Made by a program: the position numbers and the translations under genes. A stretch of DNA of 64,000 nucleotides from contig NC_043000.1 in the NCBI RefSeq assembly GCF_006345805.1, positions 4,836,001 through 4,900,000 on the forward strand. Direction: 5' to 3'. Of the stretch, positions 13,434-25,401 are shown one piece after another. The notes below the pieces were generated by a model. It searched no databases. It was not told where the DNA came from and worked only from the letters and a program-made list of their open reading frames with translations. Each line of letters begins with the position of its first letter. Position 1 is the stretch's first letter. This DNA is from Octopus sinensis. Lineage: Eukaryota.

Positions 13434-13598
13434 AATGGGCTTCTTTCAGTTTCCATCTTCCAAATCTACTCACAAAGCTTTGGTTGGCCCAAGGCTATAG
13501 AACACACTCACTCAAAGTGCTGTCCTGTGCTGTACAACTAAATCCAGAACCATGAGGTCGAGAAGCAAGCTTTTTACCACGCAGCCACCCTGCACCTA
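13434..13598 (-). mobile_element. SINE family A, 5' half (tRNA-like head)
   Basis: gggcttctttcagtttccatc...ttaccacgcagccaccctgcacc. Confidence 0.75.
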
Positions 13599-14507
13599 TA
13601 TACATATGTATTGCTTAACTGACTGACATGCATACAAATAAACAAATAAACTATAACCTTCTAAAACAACAAACAATCCCAAAACAGAGAGAGATGAGTA
13701 AGTCTGGAATTAATCCAAATCAGCTGTCAATCAACACGTTAAGTAAAAGAGATTCAAACTAGGATGGTAAAATGTATCTCTGTGAAATAATTTTAGATAT
13801 TAAGTAAGAACTCCTTAAAAAGTATTACATTTCAAAAGAAAATAACATTTTGATTAACAACAATTTTCTCTATAAATACTACACTTTTTGGTGCTCACAA
13901 CCATAGGGTGAAAAATAACTTTTATAACATTAATAATGTCTTCCTGTCCAGTTCATAGCTCTAGTTTCATTGCTTGGAAAAGACAGGAAATAAACTTCCC
14001 AAAGAATAGGATGCTGGTCTCTTATTACTAGTAAAACTGAAGGTGGTGAGCTACTAGAACCATTAGTGTGCTGGACAAGATGCTTAGCAGCAGTTCTTCC
14101 AGCTTTATGTTCTGAGTTCAAATTCTGCCACGGTCAACTTTGCTTTCATCCCTTCAGGGTCAATGAAATAAGGAACAGTCAAGCACTGGAGCTGATGAAA
14201 TCAACAAGGCTCCTCCCCACAAGTTTCAGGCCTTGTGCCTACAGCAGAAAGAATTATTTCTGGTAAAATTCTTTGCCGTTCCTATTTCAGACAGCCACAT
14301 GAATTGGATTATATAGAATTATGGAATCTTACGAAATGTACAAGGAAATACCTGCAGTGGATTTGATCTCAGCAGCTCTGCCGTTCTTAGTTGCTGTTCA
14401 CAACAACAGCATAACTATCTTTATTTGATTTTAAGATGTGTGTGTGTGTGTGTCCATATGTGTGTGTGTGTGCATGTCCCCCTCCACTGCTTGACAACCA
14501 GTGTTCA

Positions 14508-14681
14508 TCTCATGCTTGGCAAATCAGCTAAAAACTACAATGATGGTTGCTTCTGACGGGACCCTAAGGAGAAGAGGCCTGTAGATTCTACCCACATGAA
14601 CCTCCCAGAAATAGTGGATGGAGAAAATGGATGGATGAATGGATGGATGGATGGAAATAGATTTTCTAGGTAGAACATTTT
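14508..14681 (+). mobile_element. second copy of the RTE-X 3' end seen at ~1104-1263
   Basis: near-identical catgaacctcccagaaatagtggatggagaaaatgg plus (GGAT)n. Confidence 0.75.
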
Positions 14682-15667
14682 GTTTATGTGCTTATTCTTC
14701 AAGATGGTGCTCCAGCATGGCTGTAGACTAATGACAAACCAGTAAAAGATAAAAGATTAGAAAAAAATTGTTCTAATTCAATATAATGTAGCCCTCACTC
14801 AGACCACTTAATCCTTCATTTTCAATGATCATTACATAAATATGCAATCTAAATCACCACTAAAGTCTTTTATATTCTTCCTGAGATTAGAACAGAAGAA
14901 GCAGCCAGATTTTTCTAGAAGCAAATGATTTTTTTTTCTTTTTTTGTTGTTGTTGTTATAAATACATTCCTTTATACTTTCTGTACCATTTTCTCTTCAC
15001 AACAACTCTCAGAAGAGTGTAGTTATATTTAGAACAGCTAAATATAGATATCATTAAAGTACTTTTTGTGTTATTCTCTTTCTTTCTTTATTAAGAATGG
15101 GTCGAATTGCTCCGCAAACCTCAATCTCACTCTTGTTGTTTAGTCTCCAGTCAGCCACGATTAAGCAGAACTATAATCGAATCCAATCCAGCTGTGACCA
15201 AACCAATTAGATGTGTCATTTTTGAAGGTGGTTATAAAACACCTTGAATGTGAAAGATTAGGGTAGGGAAAGAAGACCGTCCCTATCCAGTGAATCTAAG
15301 GCTAGCCAGTCTGACAGAACCAATTTCTCAAGAAATAATACAATAGTTGCTGAACTCATTGCTAAATGAAAACAAAACAGTTGTCAGTTAATTACACAAT
15401 ACTATGGTGTCTTCTATCAGTGACACATTCATCCATGCATGGATAGGCACAGGTGTGACTGGGCAGTTTAGAAGTCTGCTTCCCATCCTCACGGTTACAG
15501 GTACAGTCCCAGTGGGTGGCATCTTGGACAGGTACCTCCTGTGATAGCCTCAAGTCAACCAAAGACTTGTGAGTGGGTTTCATAGACAGAGACTGAAAGA
15601 AGGCTGTCATATACATACTTACATATAAATATATATACACACACAAATACACACACACACACACATA

Positions 15668-16280
15668 TTGGGTCATCCCAGAAATAATGCGTTTTTTTTC
15701 AATTGCATGAACTAAAAGTCAGATGGGGACAGGATAAACTACCTGCATCAACTTGCTATAAAAGCAGGTAGTAATTCTACCTTGGTCTTATTCTTAGTGC
15801 AAGTTTTGAAGAGTGCAGTTCCATTTTAACAGTTAATTTTTCAAAGCTATAATGGAAGTGACGAAGGAGCATATTCGGCATATTTTGCTTTATGAGTTCA
15901 ATAAAGGTAACAACACAACAGAAAGTGTGAGGAATATTAATGCAGTATATGGGGAGCAGACAATAAGAATAAGCCAGTGTCAGTGGTGGTTCCAGGAATT
16001 CTGAGCTGGAAACTACAGCCTAGAAGACAAGCCTCATCCTAGAAGATCTGTGGAGCTCAACAAGGACGTAATACAAACCCTGGTGGAATAAAATCCTATT
16101 GTAACTGTTGAGGAACTAGCAGAGAAGTTTGGATTTGGTCATTCAACCAGCCATTCAAGTCAGCACTAGAAGTAAAACGACCTTCTTTGGTTTCAAAACA
16201 AAAGGTGTTCTTCCATCAGGATAATGCTCAGCCACATACAGTGAGGATGACATTCCAAAGGCTGGAGCAGTTTGAGGGGT
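15668..16280 (+). mobile_element. internally deleted mariner (Tc1/mariner)
   Basis: TA|TTGGGTCATCCCAGAAATAATGCG end; ATG 15852 MEVTKEHIRHILLYEFNKG..., in-frame stop, then FHQDNAQPHT. Confidence 0.88.
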
Positions 16281-17471
16281 ACTCAGCCAGCTACTCACCA
16301 GGCCAAAGATACCTTAATTATATGAAGGTTACACTGTCGTTTCGGAATTCCAAGTTGACTCATCAACGATGTGATCGGAATTCATAGCCAGTCCCTAGAA
16401 ACAAATACTTTTAAGACAGTCCTTAGGCAGGTCCAGTGTGACACAGAATATCACAAGGCTGGCCCTTTGAATTACAAGCACTACTAATTTTTGCCAGCTG
16501 AGTGGACTGGAGCAACATGAAATAAAATGTCCTGTTTAAGGACACAACACACTGCTAGGTATCAAACTCCCAACCTCACAATCAAGGCCCAAATATCCTA
16601 ACCACATGCATTTCCAGTATAATTCACTTAAACACCTCTGGTCAATAAGAAATATTATCTATCTCGTAAATAGGTGACACTTGATGAGAGGAAAGGCATC
16701 TGGCCATAGGAAATCTGACTCAATAAACTCAGTCTGATTTATGCATGCATGGAAAAGTGGACATTAAAACAATGATAATGACCCATCTAGCCATGTGAAA
16801 TGATAGTCATGGCAGATACTGGTGTCACTCAACTGGCACCCATGCTAGTGGCACATAAAAGCACCCATTACACGCTCAGACTGGTTGGCATTAGGAAGGG
16901 CATCCAGCCTTAGAAACCATGCCAAATCAGACTGGAGTCTGTTGCAGCCCCTCACCTTACCAGCCCTGGTCAAACTGTCAAACCCATGTCAGTGTGGACA
17001 ACAGACATTAAATGATGAGATGATGGTGGTAATGATGATTATGATGATGTATACATTTCAGTGATGTGTGCCAGCCAGTGATTTTTATAATCGACCTTGT
17101 AAAAGACAGAAAGTAAAGACAGTCTGAGACAGAAAAGTTGCAAGCTGGACAGAATCAATTACAAAGTATTCTTGTGCAATGCCATCCCAGGTCAATATTT
17201 ATATTCTTTTGTTTGTAAACCCCTCTTCCTACACATATGTTGTGCATGGGGTAAGTGAATGAGTGGGATAGCATTACACAAGTATGTATCATGATAATTG
17301 ATACTGTCCCAGTCTAAAAATATATATATATACAGAGGATGAATATATATATATATATATATGATGATGATGATGGGGGGATGTGAACTTGCCCCTTCAC
17401 CAAAAAGGGAAGACAATATAAAAATATTTATATGTATGAATACAAAAAGACAAATCTGAATATAAATAAGT

Positions 17472-17573
17472 AATTCTAATATAGAAAAGAAGTTAAGGTA
17501 TAAATGCATGTATATATATATATATATATATATACATGCATTTATACCTTAACTTCTTTTCTATATTAGAATT
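17472..17573. repeat. perfect palindrome centred on (TA)n
   Basis: aattctaatatagaaaagaagttaaggtataaatgcatg-(TA)n-exact reverse complement. Confidence 0.9.
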
Positions 17574-17847
17574 CTTCTGGTTTCTAACTTCCGTTTTCCA
17601 TATATATAATAATGTCTTAACTCTCTTAGCTAATCAAGTGTTGAACTACAAGTTGAAGCCTTACCACACACACACACACACACATGATTTGACCACAGCA
17701 TTAGAGCATTTTAGCTCTTATTTCTAGCAATGTAGGTGTTTCTAACACCCTAGTCATATTTAGTGACAGTTATAATTCTCCTTTTTGGTGAATCATTGCA
17801 CACTGATGTCCATAATAATTTTATATTTGTGTGTGTGTGTATGTATA

Positions 17848-18397
17848 TCATCATCATCGTTTAACGTCCGTTCTCCATGCTAGCATGGGTTGGATGGTTC
17901 GACCGGGGATCTGGGAAGCCAGAAGGCTGCACCAGGCTCCGGTCTTATCTGGCAAAGTTTCTACCATGGATGCCCTTCCTAACGCCAACCACTCCGTGAG
18001 TGTAGTGGGTGCTTTTTACGTGCCACCTGCACTGGTGCCAGGCGAGGCTGGCATCGGCCACGGTCAGATTGGTGCATTTTATGGAAGCCAGTCAAGGTGG
18101 CACTGGCTTCGGCTACAATTCGGATGGTGCTTTTTACGTGCCACCGACACGGAAGGCAGTCGATGCGGCGCTGGCATCGGCCACAATTCGGATGGTGCAT
18201 TTTATGGAAGCCAGTCGAGGCGGCACTGGCTTCGGCTACGATTCGGATGGTGCTTTTTACATGCCACCGACACGGAAGCCAGTCGAGGTGGCGCTGGCAT
18301 CGGCCACAATTCGGATAGTGCTTTTTACGTACCTCCAGTCCCAGGGCCCTGGCATCTGCCAGGTGCTAGTCATAGGATTGGTTCAATTTCGATTTCG
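17848..18397 (-). mobile_element. RTE 3'UTR-derived element with internal ~53/67 bp tandem repeats
   Basis: catcatcgtttaacgtccg tail; repeated cggatggtgctttttacgtgccacc units. Confidence 0.85.
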
Positions 18398-19094
18398 ATA
18401 TATATATATATATACATATATAGATATAGATAAACACACACACATACATGTGTGCATGTGTGTGTGTGTGTGTGTGTCCCTGTTCCTGTGTTTGTTCCCC
18501 ACAATTGCTTGATATCCAGTGTTGGTGTGTTCAGATCCCCATAACTTGGCAGTTCAGCAAAAAAGAATGATAGAATAAGTACCAGGGTTGATTCATTCAA
18601 CTAAAAATTCTTCAAGGTGGTGCCTTGGCATGGCTACAGTCTAATGATTGAAACAAGTAAATGAGGAAAGATTAATTATATACACACAGACACATGCCAA
18701 AAATTTCTATGCACAATATACTAGCACACCTAAAACGCACCTCTGTTTTATGGGCCTTAAATTGCCTTAAAAACCTCAAACACCATAAATAGCATACAAT
18801 ATGGCACAACTGCAACAAGAAGAGGATATCTGTTATAATTCAATGTATTACTTTTCAATATTCCATTCTATATAAAATACTTTGAATATATTTTTAGATT
18901 ACAAAAACAATATCCAAAAAGCCATAAAGCATTATTATAGTATTGTTTTTATAAAAGCAGACAAAGGAAAAGCTTCTTCATGCGTAATTGCATCTTTTCT
19001 ATATACCTCTAAATTTAGTCCTGATTTCAGTGGAAAAAATGCATATTATACATGCAGATTTATGGTGTATCTATATGTATATATATATGTCAGT

Positions 19095-19258
19095 AGCATC
19101 AGAAGAGAACTTCTTCAAATGCATTCACTGCATGCAAGACTGCCGCTCCCGTGTGGACTTGTGCTGTTCCTGCAGCGGCTTGCACCCATTAGCACCTGAC
19201 ACAAATTCTCCAAGTACAGATCCAAGGCCTCTTGAGACCAAAAGATGCCTATCTATCT
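19095..19258 (+). mobile_element. RTE (BovB-like) extreme 3' fragment
   Basis: FKCIHCMQDCRSRVDL resembles the RTE C-terminal CxxC..C.SR.GL motif. Confidence 0.5.
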
Positions 19259-19294
19259 TTATCCATGTATGCATATATATACATATATATATAT

Positions 19295-19530
19295 AAACAA
19301 TTGCAGTGTGGAAGGTGTTTATAAGCCACTTAAGAAACACACAAAATCCATGAACAGGTTGCGTTCTCAAAGCAATGAAAATATTTTGACAAATTAAATT
19401 TAAATGTTGAAGTTAATGTAACAAACTTTGTGTGTTTCTTAAATGGCTCACAAACACCTTCCATGCTGCAATTGTTTTCGTTCCAGCACACGATCTCAGA
19501 TCAGGTCACTTGCTATGCAAGTACATCTCC
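19295..19530. mobile_element. foldback-plus-tail element between TA arrays
   Basis: 19295-19350 pairs with 19425-19477; ~50 bp unique tail. Confidence 0.65.
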
Positions 19531-21137
19531 ATAATATATATATATATATTTTTTTTTATTTTATCTAGTTTCAGCTCACGAGCTGTGGCCATGCTGGGGC
19601 ACCGCCATATATATATATATGTATGTATATATATACACATTTAGATGCAGTAATGCTGTGTGGTAAAAAAATTTGCTTCCTAAACACTTGGTTCTGGGTT
19701 CTGTACCACTACGTGGCTGGCACTCTGGCCAAATGTCTTCTATGGCTCAAAGCTGACCAAAGAAAGTGGATTTGCTTTAGTAGACTGTATGAAGCTCAGC
19801 ATCATCATCATCATCATAATTTAATGTCTGTTGTCCATGCTGGCTTGGGGTGGACAATTTTACCAGAGCTGGCAAGTTGGGAAGCTGCACCAAACTCCAG
19901 TCTAATTTGGCATGCTTTGATGTGGCACCACATGGGTGTATTTATGTGGCACTGCATAGGTGCATTTATGCAGCATTACCACCAGTGCTATATATATATA
20001 TCACCATCATCATTTAACATCCGTTGTCCATGCTGGCATGGGTTGGACGGTTTGACTGAAAACTGGTAAGCTGCCAAGGCTCCACCAGGTTCCAGTCTGA
20101 TTTGGCAGGGTTTCTACGGCTGTATGCCCTTCCTAATGCCAACCAATTTATCAAAACTGTGTATACGTGTCAGCATATATCTATGCGTATATAAGTGTGT
20201 GCATGTTGATTTTTGTATGTGTCTATCTTGATATTGATACCATTTTAAAAATGGCATCCGTGTTTGTCCCATAAGTTAATGGAACAATACAGTAGGAATC
20301 ACTCAGAGAGTATCAGCCTTAGAAAAAAGGACTTGGGTTCATATGAATGACTACAACCTTTCAAGGGTTGCTCCAGTATGGCCATAGTCCAATGAAAGAA
20401 ACATATAAAGGAACAATTCTACCTTGGATTAATATCTTCTCCTACAGCCCCAGGATGACCAATGCCTTTTGGTCAGTACAAAACCAACTGTATGTATGTA
20501 TGTACATATGCATGTAAAAGACCTCCTTTGGTCATGAATGACCATGGGTTTGCACCTAGAAAATTACCCTCTGAGGCACAAGTCCAGGCAAGGTTGTTTA
20601 TAGAAAACCAGCAGTTGCCCATGGCATACCAGGCTCCCTTCTCTATGCCATGAATGTTATCCAAGGGAGCAAAGAGAAATAAAATGTCTTGCTCAAGAAC
20701 ACAACACACAGGCCAGTCCAGGAATCGAACTCACTACCTCATGATTGTGAGCCCAATGACCTAACCATTGAGCAATGCACTTTCTCACTAAGCCATGCAC
20801 CTTCACACTGAGCCATGCACCTTCATATGTATGTATGTATGTATGTAATTCAGTTTTATTTCAAAATTTCTTGCCAAGAAACAACGATCCAGTTTGTAAC
20901 TTAAATCCAAGGCTCCTTCATTGAAATTTCAACATCAACAGAGTATTTGTGTATGTATTTGTGTGCAGTATTTGCAGTCTGTGCACGTACGTTTTTCATA
21001 GGGTTGTTCCGATGGCTGGATAACTGAAGAGATGGCGGCGTGAATTTCCACCTCGGCATCTGAAACTCGGAGTTTTATCATGGCTACCGAATAATTGTCA
21101 CATATTACATTTACAGATATATATATATATATAAACA

Positions 21138-21181
21138 AAACTGTCCGACGAACAGGAATGTGAAACTCTGAGTAACAGCTT
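21138..21181 (+). ncRNA. minimal type-I hammerhead ribozyme motif (Penelope pLTR-type, U4C core)
   Basis: CTGT-CCGACGA-ACA[GGAA]TGT-GAAA-CTCTGAG-TA-ACAG; AATAAA ~25 nt downstream. Confidence 0.65.
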
Positions 21182-21287
21182 TTGTGATATTTTTGCTGCT
21201 TTTAAATAAAGCATATTATTCTACCTCTGGTGTTTGAGTACTATTTTTTCCACCTTGTTTCGCATTTATGTGCTTACTCTGGAATAT

Positions 21288-22047
21288 ATGCATGGCGAGA
21301 ATGGATGAAGATAGGTGTGTGAGAAAGTGCCAATCCCTAGCAGTTGAGGGAACCCATGGAAGAGGTAGACCCAGGAAAACCTGGGACGAGGTGGTGAAGC
21401 ACGACCTTTGAACGTTAGGTCTCACCATGGAAATGACTAGAGACCGAGACCTATGGAAGTATGCTGTGCGTGAGAAGACCCGGCAAGACTAGTGAAGCCA
21501 TAACCCGTGGCCCCTACCTGGGACGTAGTCAGTCCACCTGTGCATACCTTCCTGCTTGTGACACTTGTGAAGACCTGTTGAGGCAAATCAAATCAAAGTC
21601 AAATCGAATCAAGTCAAACCAAATCAAAATAGATGAACATCAATGGAATTTGTATCCTTGTGGTACCAGTGCCGGTGGCACATAAGAAAACCATCCGAAC
21701 GGGACCGTAGCCAGTACCACATCGACTGGCCTCCGTGCCGTGGGCACGTAACAAACACCATCCGATCGTAGCCGTTCGCCAACCTCGTCTGGCACCTGTG
21801 TCGATGGCACATAAAAAACACCATCCGAGCGTGGCCGTCTGCCAGCCTCGTCTGGCACCTGTGTCGGTGGCACATAAAATCACCCACTACAGTCTTGGAG
21901 TGGTTGGCGTTAGGAAGGGCATCCAGCTGTAGAAACACTGCCAGATCTGACTGGCCTGGTGCAGCCTTCGGGCTTGCCAGACCCCAGTTGAACCGTCCAA
22001 CCCATGCTAGCATGGAAAGCGGACGTTAAACGATGATGATGATGATG

Positions 22048-22052
<5 letters not shown>
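21288..22052 (+). mobile_element. RTE LINE 3' end
   Basis: ARMDEDRCVRKC...GRGRPRKTWDEVVKHDL...DRDLWKYAV; repeat-bearing 3'UTR; (GAT)n tail. Confidence 0.9.
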
Positions 22053-22093
<41 letters not shown>

Positions 22094-22544
22094 CACACAC
22101 ACACCTGCACACAATGACATTTGAACAGTCAATCAAATACCCACTAATCAATCTCCATTCATGTGACAAATCTAAGCTCCAAAATAACAGGCAGGGTTTG
22201 TAAAATCATTTGTGTTTTTGCTTTTGTTTTGTTTTGTTGTGCTTGAGTTTTATTTTTATTTCTTTTTGTTTTTGTTACTTCTCTATTTCTTCGAATCCCC
22301 ACCACCCCATGCAAGCGATATTCCGCAGGTCATGTGAAATTTAAAAGTTTCAATGTATAAGCATGTTTGTTGTCTTAGCCTCCTGGTCAAACCTGATCAG
22401 GCAGACCTCTACTCAAAACGGCATTTCACCTTTGATCTTATATGTTTTTTTTTTATGTTTCTATATATTAAGATATTGTTTCACAAGATGAGTTACTTAT
22501 TTATATTCAGATTTGTCTTTTTGTATTCATACATATAATATTTT

Positions 22545-22962
22545 GGCGATCTTTCGTCTCTAGTAGACCTTTCCGTCGATTTCCGTAAAAATATTTTTTT
22601 TTTTTACATATGGGCTTGCGGGAACTTTTGAAGTAATATACATACATATACACATACACCGAGTAAAAAATTTCAGTTATCTCTTTCTTTCACACATTAC
22701 TCTGTCTCTTCACACACACTAACAGAAGCACTTCACTTACACAACATACTGTCTGTCTCCCACACCCCATCAAACACACACACATGTACATCAATGCTTC
22801 CCATGCACAGTAACTTCAAAAGAACTTCCCTCGTCATACAATCGCTTTCTCTTAGTCTCTTTCACTCTCATTACTTCAAAAGTTCCCGCAAGCCCATATG
22901 TAAAAAACAAAAGATTTTCTACGGAAATCGATGGAAAGGTCTACTAGAGACGAAAGATTGCC
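22545..22962. mobile_element. MITE with ~93 bp TIRs and 8 bp TSD (Merlin-like GG...CC termini)
   Basis: arms 22545-22637 / 22870-22962; AATATTTT at 22537-22544 and 22963-22970. Confidence 0.85.
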
Positions 22963-23019
22963 AATATTTTTATATTGTCTTCCCTTTTTGGTGAAGGGGC
23001 AAGTTCACATCCCCCCCAT

Positions 23020-23390
23020 CATCATCATCATTTTAACATCCACTTTGCCGTACTCGCATGGGTCAGATGGAATTTGTTGCACATGCCTACAGACAGATGC
23101 TCTTCCTGTGGCCAACCCTCATTTCTTTCCAAGGAAAGAAATATTCCCACCACCACATAACTGGACATGTTTTCACAGAATGGAAATGAAGGAAGCTGCT
23201 AGCAGGATGATCACACACACTCACAAATTATATATGATGAGTTTCTTTCAGTTTCCGTCTATCAGATCCATACACAAGGAATTGGTCGACCTGGGGCAAA
23301 AACAGAAAAAGGTTGCACAAAGTGCCATAGAGTGAGGACTGAACCCGAAACTATGTGGTTGGAAAGCAAATTTCTTACCGCACAGCCAGC
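23020..23390 (-). mobile_element. SINE with family-A head and RTE-like (GAT)n tail
   Basis: similar copies at 30967-31390, 37150-37590 and 45758-46232. Confidence 0.65.
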
Positions 23391-23479
23391 ATCTAAACAA
23401 AAACGAAAGAGTTAGTTTTAACTATCATTTCTACCAGGTCGATGGGCCACATAGAGTCTTTCTTGTAAGTTCCGAGAGA

Positions 23480-23874
23480 CAGAGAGAGAGAGAGAGAGAG
23501 ATGGCGAATGATAGAGGGGTGGCGGAGAGGGTAAACATGGAGGTGGGAGATGTCCTGGCTACTTTCAAAAAAAAATTCGAGGTGTAGAGAGTGGGGTGCT
23601 TTACGATGCGGTCACTCGCCGACCCCGCTCAGCCACCAAGGCAAGAAAGGAAAAGGGAAAAAGAAAAAGACAAAACAAATGATGAAAATAAAAAAAAATA
23701 ACAATATGATCTCATTCTCCAAAACTTTTAAATGGCAACGTAAAGAACAACAACAACAATAAAATGGACACGGCAACAACAACAACATCAATACTGATTT
23801 GGATTTTGAAAACACACACCGGCCACTAAATAAACCTATGTGTATGTGAGTGCGTGTGTGTGTGTGTGTGTATG

Positions 23875-23910
<36 letters not shown>

Positions 23911-24513
23911 AGTTCTTGATTTGTGTGTATGTGCGCTTGTGTGTGTGTGTGTGTGTCGATCTGTCAATGCATATGCGTTCGTAGACTTGTGTGTGTGTTT
24001 ATGTGTAGGTCTTTGAGTAGGTGTTTAGCAGGTACAAATTGGCATGTGTTTTGGCTTACCTTTTGATGGGAAGGGTTCAAAATAGTACAGACAGGAGAAA
24101 AAAAGAGAGAAAGGGCAGAGAGAGAGAGAGAGAGACATAGAGAGAGAGGGAGGAGTGGAGAAATGGAGAATGAGGGAGGAAAAGGAAAAAAACACAATGT
24201 GAAGTAAAATGTTTTTTATGTCCATAATAGTTAAGTTGGTATACAAACAAAAACAAAAATAGAGCAGGGGAAAAAATAGAAACAAAAAGAAAGCCGGCAA
24301 AGTAAGAAAGAAAGAAAGAAAGGAGAAGAAAAGCAGAGAGGTGTGTGTGTGTGTGTATGTGAATGTGCTCTTACTCATGAGTGTGTGTTGTGTATTTTGC
24401 TATGAGTGTGATGTGCCTGTGTGTGTGTTTGTAGGTTGTGTGTGTGTGTTCATGAGCGTTGCTGTGTATTTGTACGTTGTGTGTGTGCGTGTGCATGCGT
24501 GTGTGTTTGTGTG

Positions 24514-24549
<36 letters not shown>

Positions 24550-25080
24550 TGTGTGTGCGTGTGTGTGTTTGTGTGTGCGTGTGTGTGTGTTTGTGTGTGC
24601 GTGTGCGTGCGTGTGTGTGTGTGTGTGTGTGCGTGCGTGTGTGTGTGTGTGTGTGTGTGTGCGCGTGTGTGTGTGTGTGTGCGCGTGTGTGTGTGTGTAC
24701 GTGTGATTGACTAAAGAAGTAAAGAGACCAGAAGGAGAAGTGGCGAAGAAAGAGAAGCGAGAACAATGTCCCAGTAAACAATAACGAACAGAAGATAAAA
24801 GAAAAGATGACGGAAAACGAAAGAAATAAAAGATAAGGAAAAGAACAGACTTAAGAGTGAGTGAAAGAGACAGAGAGATAGAGAGAGAGAGAGAGAAGAC
24901 AATGGAGAGGGAGCGACATTGAGAAGCAGTGGAGGGTGGGGGGTTGGGAATTTCATGAGAAAGAGAGAAAAAGAAATTAAATAAACACAAAATTGTATAA
25001 AGAAAATGTGAAGTCACAAAATATATATGGCGGTCGTTATCGTCTGCTTTCCGTGCTTGCATAGGATGTACGCTGAGACA
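23480..25080 (-). promoter_or_regulatory. candidate promoter/first-exon region of a minus-strand host gene
   Basis: largely TE-free, CpG-retaining, GA/GT-rich; AAG|GTAAGC donor at 24060/24059; ATGGCGG (YY1-like) near 25027. Confidence 0.3.
24341..24706. repeat. long (GT)n-type microsatellite
   Basis: direct inspection. Confidence 0.95.
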
Positions 25081-25364
25081 TGCTCCAACAGGTCAGAGAA
25101 ACACATCTTGCTCTGGCGTCTGAGTCACGGAATGGCTTTTAGGGCTGGATGATGTTCCTAATGCCAACCATTTTATTATACGTGATATTTCCTGGCACCC
25201 GCACTAGTGAGGTCACCTTATAATCCGTAACTCACAAGACTTAAAGCTTCCTTGCCTGAGAGGAAGAGCAAAAGATATAGTGTTTACTAATGAAAGGTGT
25301 TCAGAAGTTAATATGTGATGGGAGATGTTAGTTGTGGAGGAGATTCCAGATAACTTTGCATTTT

Positions 25365-25395
<31 letters not shown>

Positions 25396-25401
25396 CACAT
25401 A

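Noticed and set aside
18005-18335. CRISPR-like repeat/spacer pattern in the RTE 3'UTR
   Set aside because: The 'spacers' are homologous to one another, the context is a eukaryotic retroelement, and there are no cas genes.
24341-25062. Long Cys/Val- and His/Thr-rich ORFs
   Set aside because: Translations of (GT)n/(CA)n microsatellite.
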